From positions 256,001-320,000 of the forward strand of contig CAVTBR010000003.1 of the NCBI GenBank assembly GCA_963733055.1: DNA of 64,000 nucleotides, read 5' to 3'. The translations under genes and the position numbers were made by a program. The notes under the pieces are model-generated. The model was not told the origin of the DNA and searched no databases. It saw only the letters and a list, made by a program, of their open reading frames with translations. Position 1 is the stretch's first letter; each line of letters starts with the position of its first letter. Source of the stretch: Candidatus Bathyarchaeota archaeon (GTDB taxonomy: Archaea > Thermoproteota > Bathyarchaeia > 40CM-2-53-6). Positions 20,758 through 31,049 of the stretch are shown piece by piece.

Positions 20758-21450
20758 TCAGATAAGGTATTGGAGGATAGCTCGCATATCATCATCCTCG
20801 ACTACAAAGTCTGCTTCTCGTCTTGCAATGTCGTCCTTTGGTTTGTAGGCGATCTTCAAACACCGTTCGTTTGCGAGGTCGAACGCCCGATCTCCAACGA
20901 GAGCCACGTCCCGCAAAGGGACATCCAGCTCGAAGGCAAGGCGTTCTATAATCTCCTGTTTGCCAGTAACCGCGACTTTCACAACGACCTCGCCAGTTAG
21001 GCGTCCGTTCTCAGTTCGCAGTTCGTTGGCGATCGCAATGTCGGCCCCAAGTTCTTCTGCTGCTTTCTCAGCCAGGATGGATAGGCCCGCGCTCAATATG
21101 ACAGTTTTTATTTCCCTTTTTCTCAGCTCCTTGAAAACCTCCCTCACCCCCTCGCGGTATGGAATTTGTGCGAGAATACTCCTCATTTGAGTCAGCGGAG
21201 TCCCAGCCCAGTAACGAGCATCCCTTTCGGCCCAGTCCTTGTAGGAGATTTCTCCTTTTCGATACAGCTGCTCTGCACCCTTGGCCCGATCCCAGGTTCC
21301 AAACGAATCATGTAGGTACCTCCAGAGACTGTCGATGGGCGTTAGGGTACCGTCCAGATCAAACACAACTATGCGAGGCCTGCGCGGCCTTTGATCTCCG
21401 TCACCTAGTTCGGTCCGACCATTTCGAGTGGGATTCGACTGTGGGGTCAC
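20758..21450 (-). CDS. HAD-IB phosphatase (phosphoserine phosphatase-like)
   Basis: FDLDGTL, LSAG, ANEL...LTG, K, VGD...D; GTG at 21450 overlaps the upstream stop. Confidence 0.85.
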   Translation of the reverse strand: MTPQSNPTRNGRTELGDGDQRPRRPRIVVFDLDGTLTPIDSLWRYLHDSFGTWDRAKGAEQLYRKGEISYKDWAERDARYWAGTPLTQMRSILAQIPYREGVREVFKELRKREIKTVILSAGLSILAEKAAEELGADIAIANELRTENGRLTGEVVVKVAVTGKQEIIERLAFELDVPLRDVALVGDRAFDLANERCLKIAYKPKDDIARREADFVVEDDDMRAILQYLI

Positions 21451-23093
21451 CGGGTTTCTCGAAGTATTCTGGATATTTCCAGGATTATCGGTGCGGGCGT
21501 CCATATTGAAAATGCTTTTGCGAATCTTACCGCCGTGGCCTTCCGTAATTCGATAGGATCTCCTCTATGAGAATAGCCAGTTGCTATTGCTTCGACTATT
21601 CCTCTGAGGCCTCCGGTTATGGTGGGGGAGATTCGGTAGTGGCCTATGTAGAATAGCAACTCGGCGATGTCCCAAGCGTATTCCTTCCGTTTACCGGCCT
21701 GTTCCAGGTCTACTACGAATATCTTCTCATCTTTGACCACAAAGTTCTCAGGTTTGGTGTCTCCGACCGACACGCCTGTCCGATGGATATCTGCGAGCGT
21801 TTCTCCGAGCGATACGGCTAGCTTGAATTGAGTTTCAGTCAGCTTCGGCTGGTTGACCGCTTCCTTCGCGATATCGGCGAAGGAAGGGCCTGAAAGGTAC
21901 CGCTCCACCAAGATGCGTTGCCTGATACTCAGGTACACTATGCTCGGGACCTTCAAGCCCCGTTTTGCAAGGTACCGATTCATTCCGTACTCGTTCGTCA
22001 TCCGCGCTTTTCCCGAGACGGCAAACAGCTTACTTCCTAAGGACACTAAGTTTAGGGTGAACCATTTGAAGCCGTGCCAATCGGTGAATTTCTTGACAAC
22101 AAGCTGATCCCTGCCCGCGGTTACCAAGAATACTTCGTTGAGTACGCCTGCCAACGGGGTAATGGTGATCGGTCCTCCGAGTTTCAGGTTGGCAATAACT
22201 TCGTCAAGCGACAGCTTTTCACCCATAGGAACTAGGCCCGCGGATGTTCGCACGTACAAGTAGTTCTTTGGGTCCTCAGGTTCCATTCTATCCAGTTCTG
22301 TATCGAGGGTCAGTTTCAGCGGGTTATACAGTTCGCGCGCTAGAAGGTCGGGGCTTAGGTATACCGCGCGTCCCTTTGTGAGAAATGAATACAGAGCCCT
22401 CTGACTCTGCCTCAGAACGTTAACAACCTGTTCGGACACTCTATCTTTTAGCCAACGGTCTACGGCAGTGTCCTCGAGCGATACATACTCGCCGTCAACG
22501 TTCAGGACATCACCTTTTGTTGCGTTTATCGCAGACTTGAAGGAGCTTCTCAGAGCGGCGAGGTTCCGTTCTCGGACGGGTTCCTCAAGAAGCCGTAGAT
22601 ATGCGGTCATGCTTGGAACTGATACTCGGGCGAGTTTTCTCATTCGCGAAATACCAAAAAACTCTGGGAGCGCTACGAGCCCTCGACACATTTCGCGGTA
22701 TTCAATGACGAGGTCTCTCGCCTCCTCCTCCGAGGCCCGGATTCTTGCTTTCTCAGCCATCTTCTCCAGATACTCAACGTTCAGGAGAGGATGATATGGG
22801 TAAAGGAATTGCTCGGTCAGATAATCTCCAAGCGTGCCTCTTTCGACATCAGACTCTATTAGAGCCCTATCAGCGATTAGGAACCTGAACTCTTCGCCAT
22901 CGTAGACTCTGAGAAGCGCCCTCAAACCGTTTGCGTAACTTTCGCATAAGACCAACAGGTCCTGGCCGCGTGTCACTCCGGGTTTTGCGAATACACCGGG
23001 ACCGTAGGCGCACACGGCTACTCGTTCGGCTGGGGCTACCAAGTCGTCAAGCATGCCTAATGCGTTCTCGGCACTGTGTACGAACGCGGTCAA
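21447..23093 (-). CDS. degenerate nucleotidyltransferase-like domain fused to a RIO/Bud32/Kdo-type kinase
   Basis: C-terminal VVKKF, GLKVP, GDTKPENF, VDLEQ, DIAELL; N-terminal CAYG...DLLVL. Confidence 0.72.
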   Translation of the reverse strand: MTAFVHSAENALGMLDDLVAPAERVAVCAYGPGVFAKPGVTRGQDLLVLCESYANGLRALLRVYDGEEFRFLIADRALIESDVERGTLGDYLTEQFLYPYHPLLNVEYLEKMAEKARIRASEEEARDLVIEYREMCRGLVALPEFFGISRMRKLARVSVPSMTAYLRLLEEPVRERNLAALRSSFKSAINATKGDVLNVDGEYVSLEDTAVDRWLKDRVSEQVVNVLRQSQRALYSFLTKGRAVYLSPDLLARELYNPLKLTLDTELDRMEPEDPKNYLYVRTSAGLVPMGEKLSLDEVIANLKLGGPITITPLAGVLNEVFLVTAGRDQLVVKKFTDWHGFKWFTLNLVSLGSKLFAVSGKARMTNEYGMNRYLAKRGLKVPSIVYLSIRQRILVERYLSGPSFADIAKEAVNQPKLTETQFKLAVSLGETLADIHRTGVSVGDTKPENFVVKDEKIFVVDLEQAGKRKEYAWDIAELLFYIGHYRISPTITGGLRGIVEAIATGYSHRGDPIELRKATAVRFAKAFSIWTPAPIILEISRILRETR

Positions 23094-23136
23094 CTGAAAA
23101 ACACCTTCTGAGTTCCTGCTTCTTTCAGGGCATTGG

Positions 23137-23898
23137 TTAGCGTGACTTAGATAGGTTGCGACCCATTTTGGTGAAATGGATTCGCCAAAAGAGAGTGAGC
23201 ATGCCGATTCCGTGAAGCCACATGTCTTTCAAGAGTCGCTTTAAGGGGGTTCTGCCGCCCTTTTTTTCAGTCCAATGAATTGGGATTTCCTTGAGAGTGA
23301 AACCCAACTTTCTAGCCAGGACTATCACCTCTGTATCCCAGAACCAAGAATCGCTCTTAGCTTCCACATCCAATTGTTCGACGAGCTTTCGTGAGAAAGA
23401 CTTGAAGCCGCATTGGTGATCGTGGACACCGGTGTTGAATAATATACGAACCATTCCGTTGTATGCAATTGAGCTCGCTCTCCTAAGGAGAGGTCGATTC
23501 GTGATTGATCCTTGGAGATACCTTGAGCCCGTGACAAGATCAAACTGCTTACCCATCTCAATCAAATTACGATAGGCATCGAATTTATCCAGGTCTGTAG
23601 CCAAATCCACATCAACGTATAGGTACATTTCACCCGGCACTTTTCTCCAGGCTTCGCGCAAGGCCTTTCCGCGACCTAGGCGACGGTCGTTCTGTAGGTG
23701 AATAATGTTCGGGTACTTCCATTTCAACTCGTCAACGGTGGCGGATGAATTAGATCCGTCCTCTGCGATCAGTAAGGTGAAATTCGGATTAATTGCCGCA
23801 GTGGCTTCCTCTAGTCTGACCGAAGTCGCCCCAAGGAACTTAGTGTCCTTGTAAACCGGAAGGGTTACTACAATTTGGCGTGCGTTGTTTCGGGACAA
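23137..23898 (-). CDS. polyprenol/dolichol-phosphate glycosyltransferase (GT2)
   Basis: LPVY, AEDGS, GRGKAL, DVDLATD, GSRY, DHQCGFK, WFWDTE. Confidence 0.9.
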   Translation of the reverse strand: MSRNNARQIVVTLPVYKDTKFLGATSVRLEEATAAINPNFTLLIAEDGSNSSATVDELKWKYPNIIHLQNDRRLGRGKALREAWRKVPGEMYLYVDVDLATDLDKFDAYRNLIEMGKQFDLVTGSRYLQGSITNRPLLRRASSIAYNGMVRILFNTGVHDHQCGFKSFSRKLVEQLDVEAKSDSWFWDTEVIVLARKLGFTLKEIPIHWTEKKGGRTPLKRLLKDMWLHGIGMLTLFWRIHFTKMGRNLSKSR

Positions 23899-23908
23899 TG
23901 AACTCGCC

Positions 23909-24875
23909 TTACGCTACTTCTGCCACGAGCTCCTTGGCTGCGGCTCGGATTGCTCCCTCGCTGTTGAGCTTAGGGTTCCAACCGAGTTTCATCAATTTCG
24001 CGACTGAGAGATGCATGACTTTCACATCTCCGAACCAGCCGCGCCCCCCATCAACACCCCCAGTCACTTTCATCTTTACCTCCCGCAGGCCCATTTCTTT
24101 AACGACGACCTCCGCGATCCGTTTCACACTTACCTGGTCGGGTGAACTGAGGTTGTAGACTTCAACCCTCTTATCTGAGCGCAGAAAAGACTCAGTCGAA
24201 ATCGAGATCGCGTCTTAGGCAATCGGTGATGTGGACGTACGACTTTGTCTGGGTACCGTCGCCCAGAATTTCAATTTCGTTAGGGTTTGTTTTCAGCTTT
24301 TGGATGAAGTCCCATAGAATACCGTGCCGCGAACGGGATCCAACACAGTTTCCCAATCGGAGTATCAACCCCCTCATCGCATGAGTGTAGGCGTATGCGG
24401 AAATGAGTGATTCACAACCAAGTTTGGAGGCGCCGTAGGTGGATATTGGAAGCATAGGCCCATAGGTTTCTGGCGTGGGTAACTGTGCCGCTTCGCCGTA
24501 AACGGTTGATGTCGATCCAAACACAATGGTTTTGGCATCATGACTGACGCGCATACCCTCAAGAAGCTTGAACGTTGCGAGGAGGTTCTCCTCAAAATGT
24601 ACGGAAGGGTCCACCTCACCTACTCGCACTTCGGGGTTTGCTGCCAAATGGTAGACAACCGACACACCGTGCAGAACCTCTTGAATATTCGGAATTGCCT
24701 TAAGATCAGCTTCAACGAACCGGAAACGTTCCCTGCTTTTGGCCTGACGAAGGTTTTCCATTCTTCCGCTGCTGAGGTTGTCGAGGACGACCACCTCATC
24801 TTCGTGCGCCAGGAGAGCGTCGACTAGATGGCTGCCTATGAACCCGGCGCCCCCGGTTACAAGTACCTTCCTCAA
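23909..24875 (-). CDS. NAD-dependent epimerase/dehydratase (+1 frameshift near 24215)
   Basis: TGGAGFIG, YGASK, LGDGTQ. Removing one base rejoins DCLDAISISTE...VYNL...GWFGDVK. Confidence 0.9.
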
Positions 24876-24953
24876 TCCTAGCCATTCCCTCGATATTTCT
24901 AAATTCGCGGTTCTGGGCGTGAAATTATATCGCTAAAGTAGGGAGTACGCCTA

Positions 24954-25706
24954 ATGACCATTATGGCAACGTGGCCGTCTAGCGCTAGTTCACGTGCGGG
25001 CCTTGTTTCTGTAGTGTTGTCCACCTATAATGAGCGCCAGAATCTCTCCAACCTTATCCCGTTGATCGAGAGTATCTTAACAAGCAGCGGGATTGACGGT
25101 GAGATCGTTGTGGTTGACGATAATTCTCCTGATGGGACTTCAGAGGTTGCAAGAGCGTTCGGTAGGCAGTATGGAAACGTTAGGCTTCTGTGGCGGCCGG
25201 GTAAGTTAGGACCTGGTTCCGCGCATGCCGACGGATACCGGTTTGCTGCCGGTGAGATAATCGTCGGTATGGACACGGACTTCTCACATGATCCACATGA
25301 TATTCCCAGGTTCGTTGCGAAGATTAGAGACGGATTCGACGTGGTAGCTGGGGCACGTTACATACGCGGCGGCCAGTACCAGGTTAACTCCCTTCAGACT
25401 TTGAAGAAGAGCGTTGCGAGTAGGTTAGGTAATATCATGATCCACTTGCTCTCGGGTGTGCCTGTGCACGACTTCACGACCGCGCTTCGAGCAGTTAGGA
25501 GAGAGGTCGTGCAAAATGTTGAGACGGAATCGAAAGGGAATTCGTTCTTCATGGAATTCATAATCAAAGCGTACCGCGAGGGTTACAGGACGACGGAGAT
25601 CCCCATCATCTTCAGGGATAGAATTGCTGGAAAATCAAAGCTTAGCCTCGGAAAACAGTCTCTGAAAATGATACTCGACCTGCTCAAACTTACCAGAAAC
25701 CGATGA
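24954..25706 (+). CDS. polyprenol-phosphate mannose synthase (DPM1-like GT2)
   Basis: TYNERQN, VDDNSPDGT, RPGKLG, MDTDFSH, GARY, FRDR..GKSK. Confidence 0.9.
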   Translation: MTIMATWPSSASSRAGLVSVVLSTYNERQNLSNLIPLIESILTSSGIDGEIVVVDDNSPDGTSEVARAFGRQYGNVRLLWRPGKLGPGSAHADGYRFAAGEIIVGMDTDFSHDPHDIPRFVAKIRDGFDVVAGARYIRGGQYQVNSLQTLKKSVASRLGNIMIHLLSGVPVHDFTTALRAVRREVVQNVETESKGNSFFMEFIIKAYREGYRTTEIPIIFRDRIAGKSKLSLGKQSLKMILDLLKLTRNR

Positions 25707-25864
25707 ACTCCTACCCGCCCCTTCAATTCTAATCCGTTGGGTATTCCATTTCCGCGGATCATGAAACTCGATGCCGTAGTAATTCGGACGATTCTGTTGG
25801 CCATAGGACTGAGAGAAACGCGTTGCGCTGAGGTTACGAAAATTCAACCGCGAGCATTGACCTG

Positions 25865-27160
25865 TCAGGGAGCTACCCAGATCCGCCGGTGGCAAGTTGC
25901 ACAATACCATTGGCCGTCGACAGGAGAGAGTGGGTTTCCGCAGATAGGGCATGGTACAATTTGGGGAGCTACAGGAACTCCAAATGGAGGCGGGGGAACT
26001 GCTGGGACTACAGCGACCGCCGGTCCAGGTCGAAGGAAGAAGAAGAGCAGGGGAATTAGGAGCAATAACCCTACTAGGCCAGCGATTATGTATGGGAGAA
26101 TATTGAACGTCGCAGAACATGCGCTTACGCTAACATTGAAGACAGCTTGGCGTACAATTCCGCCGCCGTTGCCTTGAACAGTTATTGCGTACGATCCTGG
26201 CGTTACGCTGCACGGCGTAACGATCGTAATCAAGGACGTAGCCTGCCCATTCGGCGGGGGTGTGATCGATGGCAGAGAGAAGGTTAACGACATTCCATTC
26301 GGAACGCCTGAGGCGGTGAGCGCAACGGCGTTGTTGAAACCGTTGAGTGATTGAACGGTTACCGTGGTCGTGTTTGTTTGTCCTGGTTGAGTATCCGGTT
26401 GAGGGGGTACTGAGATGAAGTTGGGGTTCACGGTTAAGGTGAATGACGGAGTAAGTACGACGAGGGTTACCGTGGCTGTGTGTGCGAATTTTGAACTAGA
26501 CCCGACCACGGTTATGGTGTACGTTCCGTTTGGTGTGTTTGTTGAAGTCTGGACTTGGAGCGTTGAGGTGAATGGAGTTTGTCCGGAAGGTGGGTTTAGA
26601 TTCCACGTGACTCCTGTTGGCGGAGATGAGGAGATGACTAAATTTACTGGTACGGGGCTGCTGCAGGCTAACGATGCTGCAACCGCAACGTTGTAGGACG
26701 TCGAACCGCCCGGTATGACGTTCTGTGTCGAAGGCGTCGCTGTTAACGTGAAATCGTAGTTCGGCATGAGAGGGATACTCACCACGGCCGTGTTGCCGGC
26801 GCTGTCGTAGGCGGTAACGGTTACGCAGTAGTTGGCTTGGGTCGCGTATTGGTGCGCCCGAATATCGCTGACCTGACTTTGAGCGGAGAATGGAACATCT
26901 AGCGTGGCTCCGTCCCCGAAGTCCCAGTGTAGGCTCGTTATCCAGAGCCCGTTTGCGGTCTTAGCTGCTACGTTGAATAGGTATGCCGGAGGATAGGCGA
27001 TTGTGAGCTGGGGAGCGGCATCGAACCATACCGTTAACACCTGAGCACTCTCGACCCCAAAACCTGCTGCGAGCCTGGCGGAAGAAGCGCGGGCAGGGGT
27101 AGAAGGAGCGTAGAACGGAAGAATGATGACGAGCATGGCCAATAGGACTAAAGACTTCAT
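25865..27160 (-). CDS. PKD/Ig-like domain surface protein with TM helix and cytoplasmic Zn ribbon
   Basis: Signal peptide, WDFGDG, two Thr-rich Ig-like repeats (GTYTITV, GSYAITV), TM, Pro-rich linker, CPICG...YCATC. Confidence 0.82.
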   Translation of the reverse strand: MKSLVLLAMLVIILPFYAPSTPARASSARLAAGFGVESAQVLTVWFDAAPQLTIAYPPAYLFNVAAKTANGLWITSLHWDFGDGATLDVPFSAQSQVSDIRAHQYATQANYCVTVTAYDSAGNTAVVSIPLMPNYDFTLTATPSTQNVIPGGSTSYNVAVAASLACSSPVPVNLVISSSPPTGVTWNLNPPSGQTPFTSTLQVQTSTNTPNGTYTITVVGSSSKFAHTATVTLVVLTPSFTLTVNPNFISVPPQPDTQPGQTNTTTVTVQSLNGFNNAVALTASGVPNGMSLTFSLPSITPPPNGQATSLITIVTPCSVTPGSYAITVQGNGGGIVRQAVFNVSVSACSATFNILPYIIAGLVGLLLLIPLLFFFLRPGPAVAVVPAVPPPPFGVPVAPQIVPCPICGNPLSPVDGQWYCATCHRRIWVAP

Positions 27161-27339
27161 ATGATTCCATCCAGACTGAGCCGTGAACGAAGACTCAGCC
27201 TAGAGCTGGTCAGTTAAGCAGTCTTTACGCAAGACAGTTCAATTTCGGCGAATAAGCGGTCGATTCTTGATTCTACTATGAATTAGAATGATAGCGACGC
27301 TACTTGGCTCTCTTTCGACCCAGCGAATCCAAAAGTCGT

Positions 27340-27603
27340 TCAATCAGGCGACGATTCGTCGATTTCCAAGAGTTCGACTGCGGTAATGTCGTTGGTTTCG
27401 GTGTCTCTGAAAACATGAACTCGCGGGTGTACTGGTTCCCCAAGCTCGCCTCTGGAGGGTTTCTTGAACCTTATGCACAGGGTGTTGAGCACGGGCTCAA
27501 GAGTCCCTTCTACTACTTCGCTAGGAAGCTTGCTTCCAGCGAGACGTTCCGCTCTGCGAAGCATCCGCTGAATGTCTAAGTCGAGTAGAGACGAGGTAGC
27601 CAT
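27340..27603 (-). CDS. DUF2283-like putative antitoxin
   Basis: NTLCIRF...G....RVHVFRD..TNDITAVELL. Confidence 0.55.
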   Translation of the reverse strand: MATSSLLDLDIQRMLRRAERLAGSKLPSEVVEGTLEPVLNTLCIRFKKPSRGELGEPVHPRVHVFRDTETNDITAVELLEIDESSPD

Positions 27604-27891
27604 CTCGCCTTCCTCATCCTTACATAAGGACGGTCGCCCATTAAATACGCTGTCTTAACCGACTCCCCAATCACAATTACATTCAGGTACAATTCGCTGA
27701 TGTTCAGGACGAAGTGTCTGGAACCTAGCGAGTCAAGAAACACCTCATTCGGATTCTCCAATGCTTGAATCAGGCATCGAAGAACGTCCTCTTGGGAAAA
27801 CCCAATCGCAGAGATGCTTTCGAAGAATAGGATCGATTACCTCAGGCCTAAGAACCACCGAGGATCCATCGTAAACCCTGAGCCGCCGCAT
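27576..27891 (-). CDS. putative RelE/DUF4258-like toxin (+1 frameshift at 27810)
   Basis: Corrected translation MRRLRVYDGSSVVLRPEVIDPILRKHLAIGFSQEDVLRCLIQALENPNEVF...VIVIGESVKTAYL; overlaps the DUF2283-like gene. Confidence 0.5.
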
Positions 27892-27915
27892 CTCGTTCTG
27901 CTCCGAGAACTCAAC

Positions 27916-29217
27916 TTAACTCGAACTCGATTTCCGTCGCCCCACGGTTTTTGCTTCGGGCTTTGAAGTGGTCGCGCCAAGTGGAGATGCGAGCCGCCCC
28001 GCGATTCGTTTAAGCGCACTTTGGAGCTTGGGATTGAAGCACACGAAGTAACCGGACAAGAAGATCAACTGTCGTATCGCGGCCTCAACGTTCGTTAGGC
28101 CAAAGGGCGTGAGCTGATCCGTCAAGTAGCGTGGGAGTTCTGGATGGCTGCTGCCTATGAAGTAGAACATTATGATGAATGCGTTCAGGACGTCGGCGAT
28201 TCGATATATGAGGAAGTTGAAGTTCGGTGTTAAGATTACGATTGGAATCAGCTGGACCATCATCTGCGGGTCGAAGAGATACACCACTCCATACCACGCG
28301 TACCACGTCATCAATATTTTTTCGAGGGGGGTATGTTTCGTGAGTAGCGCGTAGATCATGAGGAAGAAGAAAATCCCGAGGCTCAGTATCTGGCCCGCCC
28401 TCGCGCCCGAGATTATGTCTCCTAGCCCCGTCGCTGAAATCGCCATGGAGATCCATGTGTTTTGTAGTTGATGGTTCGGGCCGCTATAGCCTACGAAGAG
28501 TTTTACCCAGACATCGAAGTTCGCGACAGCGAACGGAAGATTTACCGCTAGCCAGACGATCGCGGCGGTCAGGGTGAAGTTGATTCGCATCCTCCAGTTC
28601 TGCAGCCCAGCGAGCATTGGGAAGAGCATTATGCCGGGCGTGAACTTCGTGAGTACGCCTAAGGCTAGCGTTACGGCCGCCCATTCGAAGCGTTGATCCA
28701 AGTATAGCCAAATCGAGAGGGTTACGAAATATGCGACGAGGAAATCCCAGTTGTAAAATCCGTACACGACGAAGGTTAAGGTGGTGAGCATGTAGAGGAG
28801 GATTCGGGTTTTGCTTAGGTTTAGTTTCGTGCAGAGCATGTAGAGGGTGTAGATAGTGCCGATCATGAACGGGTATTCGAGTAGGCCTTCGACAACTACG
28901 AAGGTGTTGTAGGAATCGATAACGAATGGGAAGTAGGTCGAGATGGCTTGGCCTAGGTAGATGAGTAGGCCTATCATCTGTGGGTATTCAAGCTCGTACT
29001 GGACATATGGAATCTCTAGGTTGTGATGCCCCGTGTAGACGTCACGAATCCACAGCCAACCGACATCGCTGTAGTGGCTCGGAACGATGAACGGAACCTT
29101 GCTGAGAGCGCTGAGGATCCATATGGTTGTGGCTATGATTATTATGATTCTAAATTCGGTATCCCGTTGGAGTAGGGATCCGAAACCGCGCAAGCCGTAA
29201 CCTGACATGCGATGCAC
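27916..29217 (-). CDS. GT-C fold (GT87-like) membrane glycosyltransferase
   Basis: HYSD, PY...LEYP, NWDF, GVLTKFTP, NLPF, PQ. Confidence 0.78.
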   Translation of the reverse strand: MHRMSGYGLRGFGSLLQRDTEFRIIIIIATTIWILSALSKVPFIVPSHYSDVGWLWIRDVYTGHHNLEIPYVQYELEYPQMIGLLIYLGQAISTYFPFVIDSYNTFVVVEGLLEYPFMIGTIYTLYMLCTKLNLSKTRILLYMLTTLTFVVYGFYNWDFLVAYFVTLSIWLYLDQRFEWAAVTLALGVLTKFTPGIMLFPMLAGLQNWRMRINFTLTAAIVWLAVNLPFAVANFDVWVKLFVGYSGPNHQLQNTWISMAISATGLGDIISGARAGQILSLGIFFFLMIYALLTKHTPLEKILMTWYAWYGVVYLFDPQMMVQLIPIVILTPNFNFLIYRIADVLNAFIIMFYFIGSSHPELPRYLTDQLTPFGLTNVEAAIRQLIFLSGYFVCFNPKLQSALKRIAGRLASPLGATTSKPEAKTVGRRKSSSS

Positions 29218-30387
29218 TCAACCCACGTCTGAGCGGGAACCATCTTTAGAAACTTTCTTTCCAGCCGACGCTTCCGGAGGTTTAGCTGCCGAGCCTGGGA
29301 ATCGTTTCCTCGCGTTTGCGTTTTCCAAGTGTATGACGAGAATTAGGTAGATGAAAATCCAAGCGATAAAGAGGATTTCGCCAATCGATCCGTGGAATGC
29401 TTCAAAGTCAAGGCTGATGTACGTGATGTACAATACTATTAGAGTGATGCGGATTACGTTCACGAAATAAGTTCCCGCCGCCCCAATCACGGCATAGATG
29501 ATTTTGCGGGTTCTGGACGCGTCAAGTTTTACCATGAGGACCAGAATTACGAGGCTGTAGACCACCATGCTAACCACGCCCGAGGAAGGCCAGTAGATGA
29601 CGAGGGGCATGGGGCCCTTCAGCCCGTAGATGGTAAGCCGGTTCCCGCGGAGCCACAGGCTGGGAGGTTTGATGGTCCCATTCAATGGGACGGAGCTTCT
29701 ATTCACTTGGTAGCCGGCCAAGCCCAGTATGAAAACGACCACGTTCCAAATCAGGTAGACCCAGACCTGCAGGAACGCTAGGGAGTCTTCGGGAAAGAAG
29801 GCATCCATCATATCGAGGATTGCGCTGCCGATAGTGTAGATGACGGGTGTCGCCATGAGGAGGATTGAGCTCGTTGAGTAGAGTACGCCGGTCGCGAATA
29901 TGCAGTAAACCGCGTACGTGAGATAATCCATGGCTAATAGAAAACTCAGCGGCGCGCTCTGTGAAACGCCAAGTTGACTCGTCACATAGACTCGTATATA
30001 CGTCGTGAAATTCGTGTCCATTGGCGTATTGTTGATCGGGTTGATTGGAGGGCGAACGAAGAACCCGTTGAAGATTCTAAAGTAGTAGTAGACGAGCAGG
30101 GCGATGAGGATTAGTCCCATGATTAGGTAGCGTCGTTTGTCGCGTGTAGCCTCGAATCTTTTGCGTGAGTCATGAAAGTCCCAGGCTACTAGGAAGAAGA
30201 TGAAGGCCATTCCGGCCCTTCCCACTTGTTGTCCCACGAACCATACAAGTGTGAAGGAGGCTGGGTCGGCTATGATTAGGAATATTATTGGAAATATGAT
30301 GAAGAGCAGCGGGTATGCGTCTCGTGTCTTGAATTCACGGTAGATGCTCGCGAAGAAGTTTCTAACCTGTCCTTTGACTAGCGGCAT
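29218..30387 (-). CDS. thaumarchaeosortase-type (Ser nucleophile) archaeosortase
   Basis: YWPSSGVVSMVVYS, GTYFVNVIRI, FEAFHGSIGEILF: Ser-Arg-His triad with Ser at the usual Cys position. Confidence 0.85.
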   Translation of the reverse strand: MPLVKGQVRNFFASIYREFKTRDAYPLLFIIFPIIFLIIADPASFTLVWFVGQQVGRAGMAFIFFLVAWDFHDSRKRFEATRDKRRYLIMGLILIALLVYYYFRIFNGFFVRPPINPINNTPMDTNFTTYIRVYVTSQLGVSQSAPLSFLLAMDYLTYAVYCIFATGVLYSTSSILLMATPVIYTIGSAILDMMDAFFPEDSLAFLQVWVYLIWNVVVFILGLAGYQVNRSSVPLNGTIKPPSLWLRGNRLTIYGLKGPMPLVIYWPSSGVVSMVVYSLVILVLMVKLDASRTRKIIYAVIGAAGTYFVNVIRITLIVLYITYISLDFEAFHGSIGEILFIAWIFIYLILVIHLENANARKRFPGSAAKPPEASAGKKVSKDGSRSDVG

Positions 30388-30433
30388 TGGTGATGATCGT
30401 CCTGTTTGGGCTAAGTAATCATCATGCGTGGGC

Positions 30434-30979
30434 TTACTTGTCTTTTAGAAGTCTCTCTACCAATCTGGTGTCATGTTGTGTTCGGTCTATTCTGTGGATA
30501 TAGTCGATGAGGAAGGCGGACATGAAGAATATTGCTACGATTACTTTCGACGCGAAGACTACGTTGATGGGGGTTGGGTTTACTGAGATTGGAAAGGGGT
30601 TTGCGATAACGTCTGGGTTCGCTAAACCCTGTACAGCTAACGCCGCTGACCAGAGGACCATTTGGTAGATTATTTCGAAACCGCTCGCCATGGCGACCAG
30701 CCATGCGCCTATGTACATTGTTCTAAGCACGCTCGGCCGTGCCGAGAGCATCCTTCGACGGGTTAAAGGAGTATAGAGTCCGAAGGCAAATGATAGAAAC
30801 ATTGTAAACTGGAAGAAGGTTATTGGCTTCATGTAGAAGCCTGGAAGAATCGGTACCTCGATCAGTACTAGGCTTTGGCCGATAATTTGTCCTGCGGGCG
30901 TAAGGGTTGCGCCCAGAATCATAGCTAGGGCGGCTACTCCGAACCCGATTGATAGGATTGAGAATAGGTTCTGTTTCAC
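30434..30979 (-). CDS. four-TM membrane protein next to the sortase
   Basis: KPITF, GFEII...LWSA, NPD...NPFP, NVVFASK; operonic. Confidence 0.7.
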   Translation of the reverse strand: MKQNLFSILSIGFGVAALAMILGATLTPAGQIIGQSLVLIEVPILPGFYMKPITFFQFTMFLSFAFGLYTPLTRRRMLSARPSVLRTMYIGAWLVAMASGFEIIYQMVLWSAALAVQGLANPDVIANPFPISVNPTPINVVFASKVIVAIFFMSAFLIDYIHRIDRTQHDTRLVERLLKDK

Positions 30980-31049
30980 GAATTCAAGGGTTGAGAGTGC
31001 AGGCTTTACGGCGTTCTTTACGCGAGGTGACTTTCTATCCGTTTCTAAT

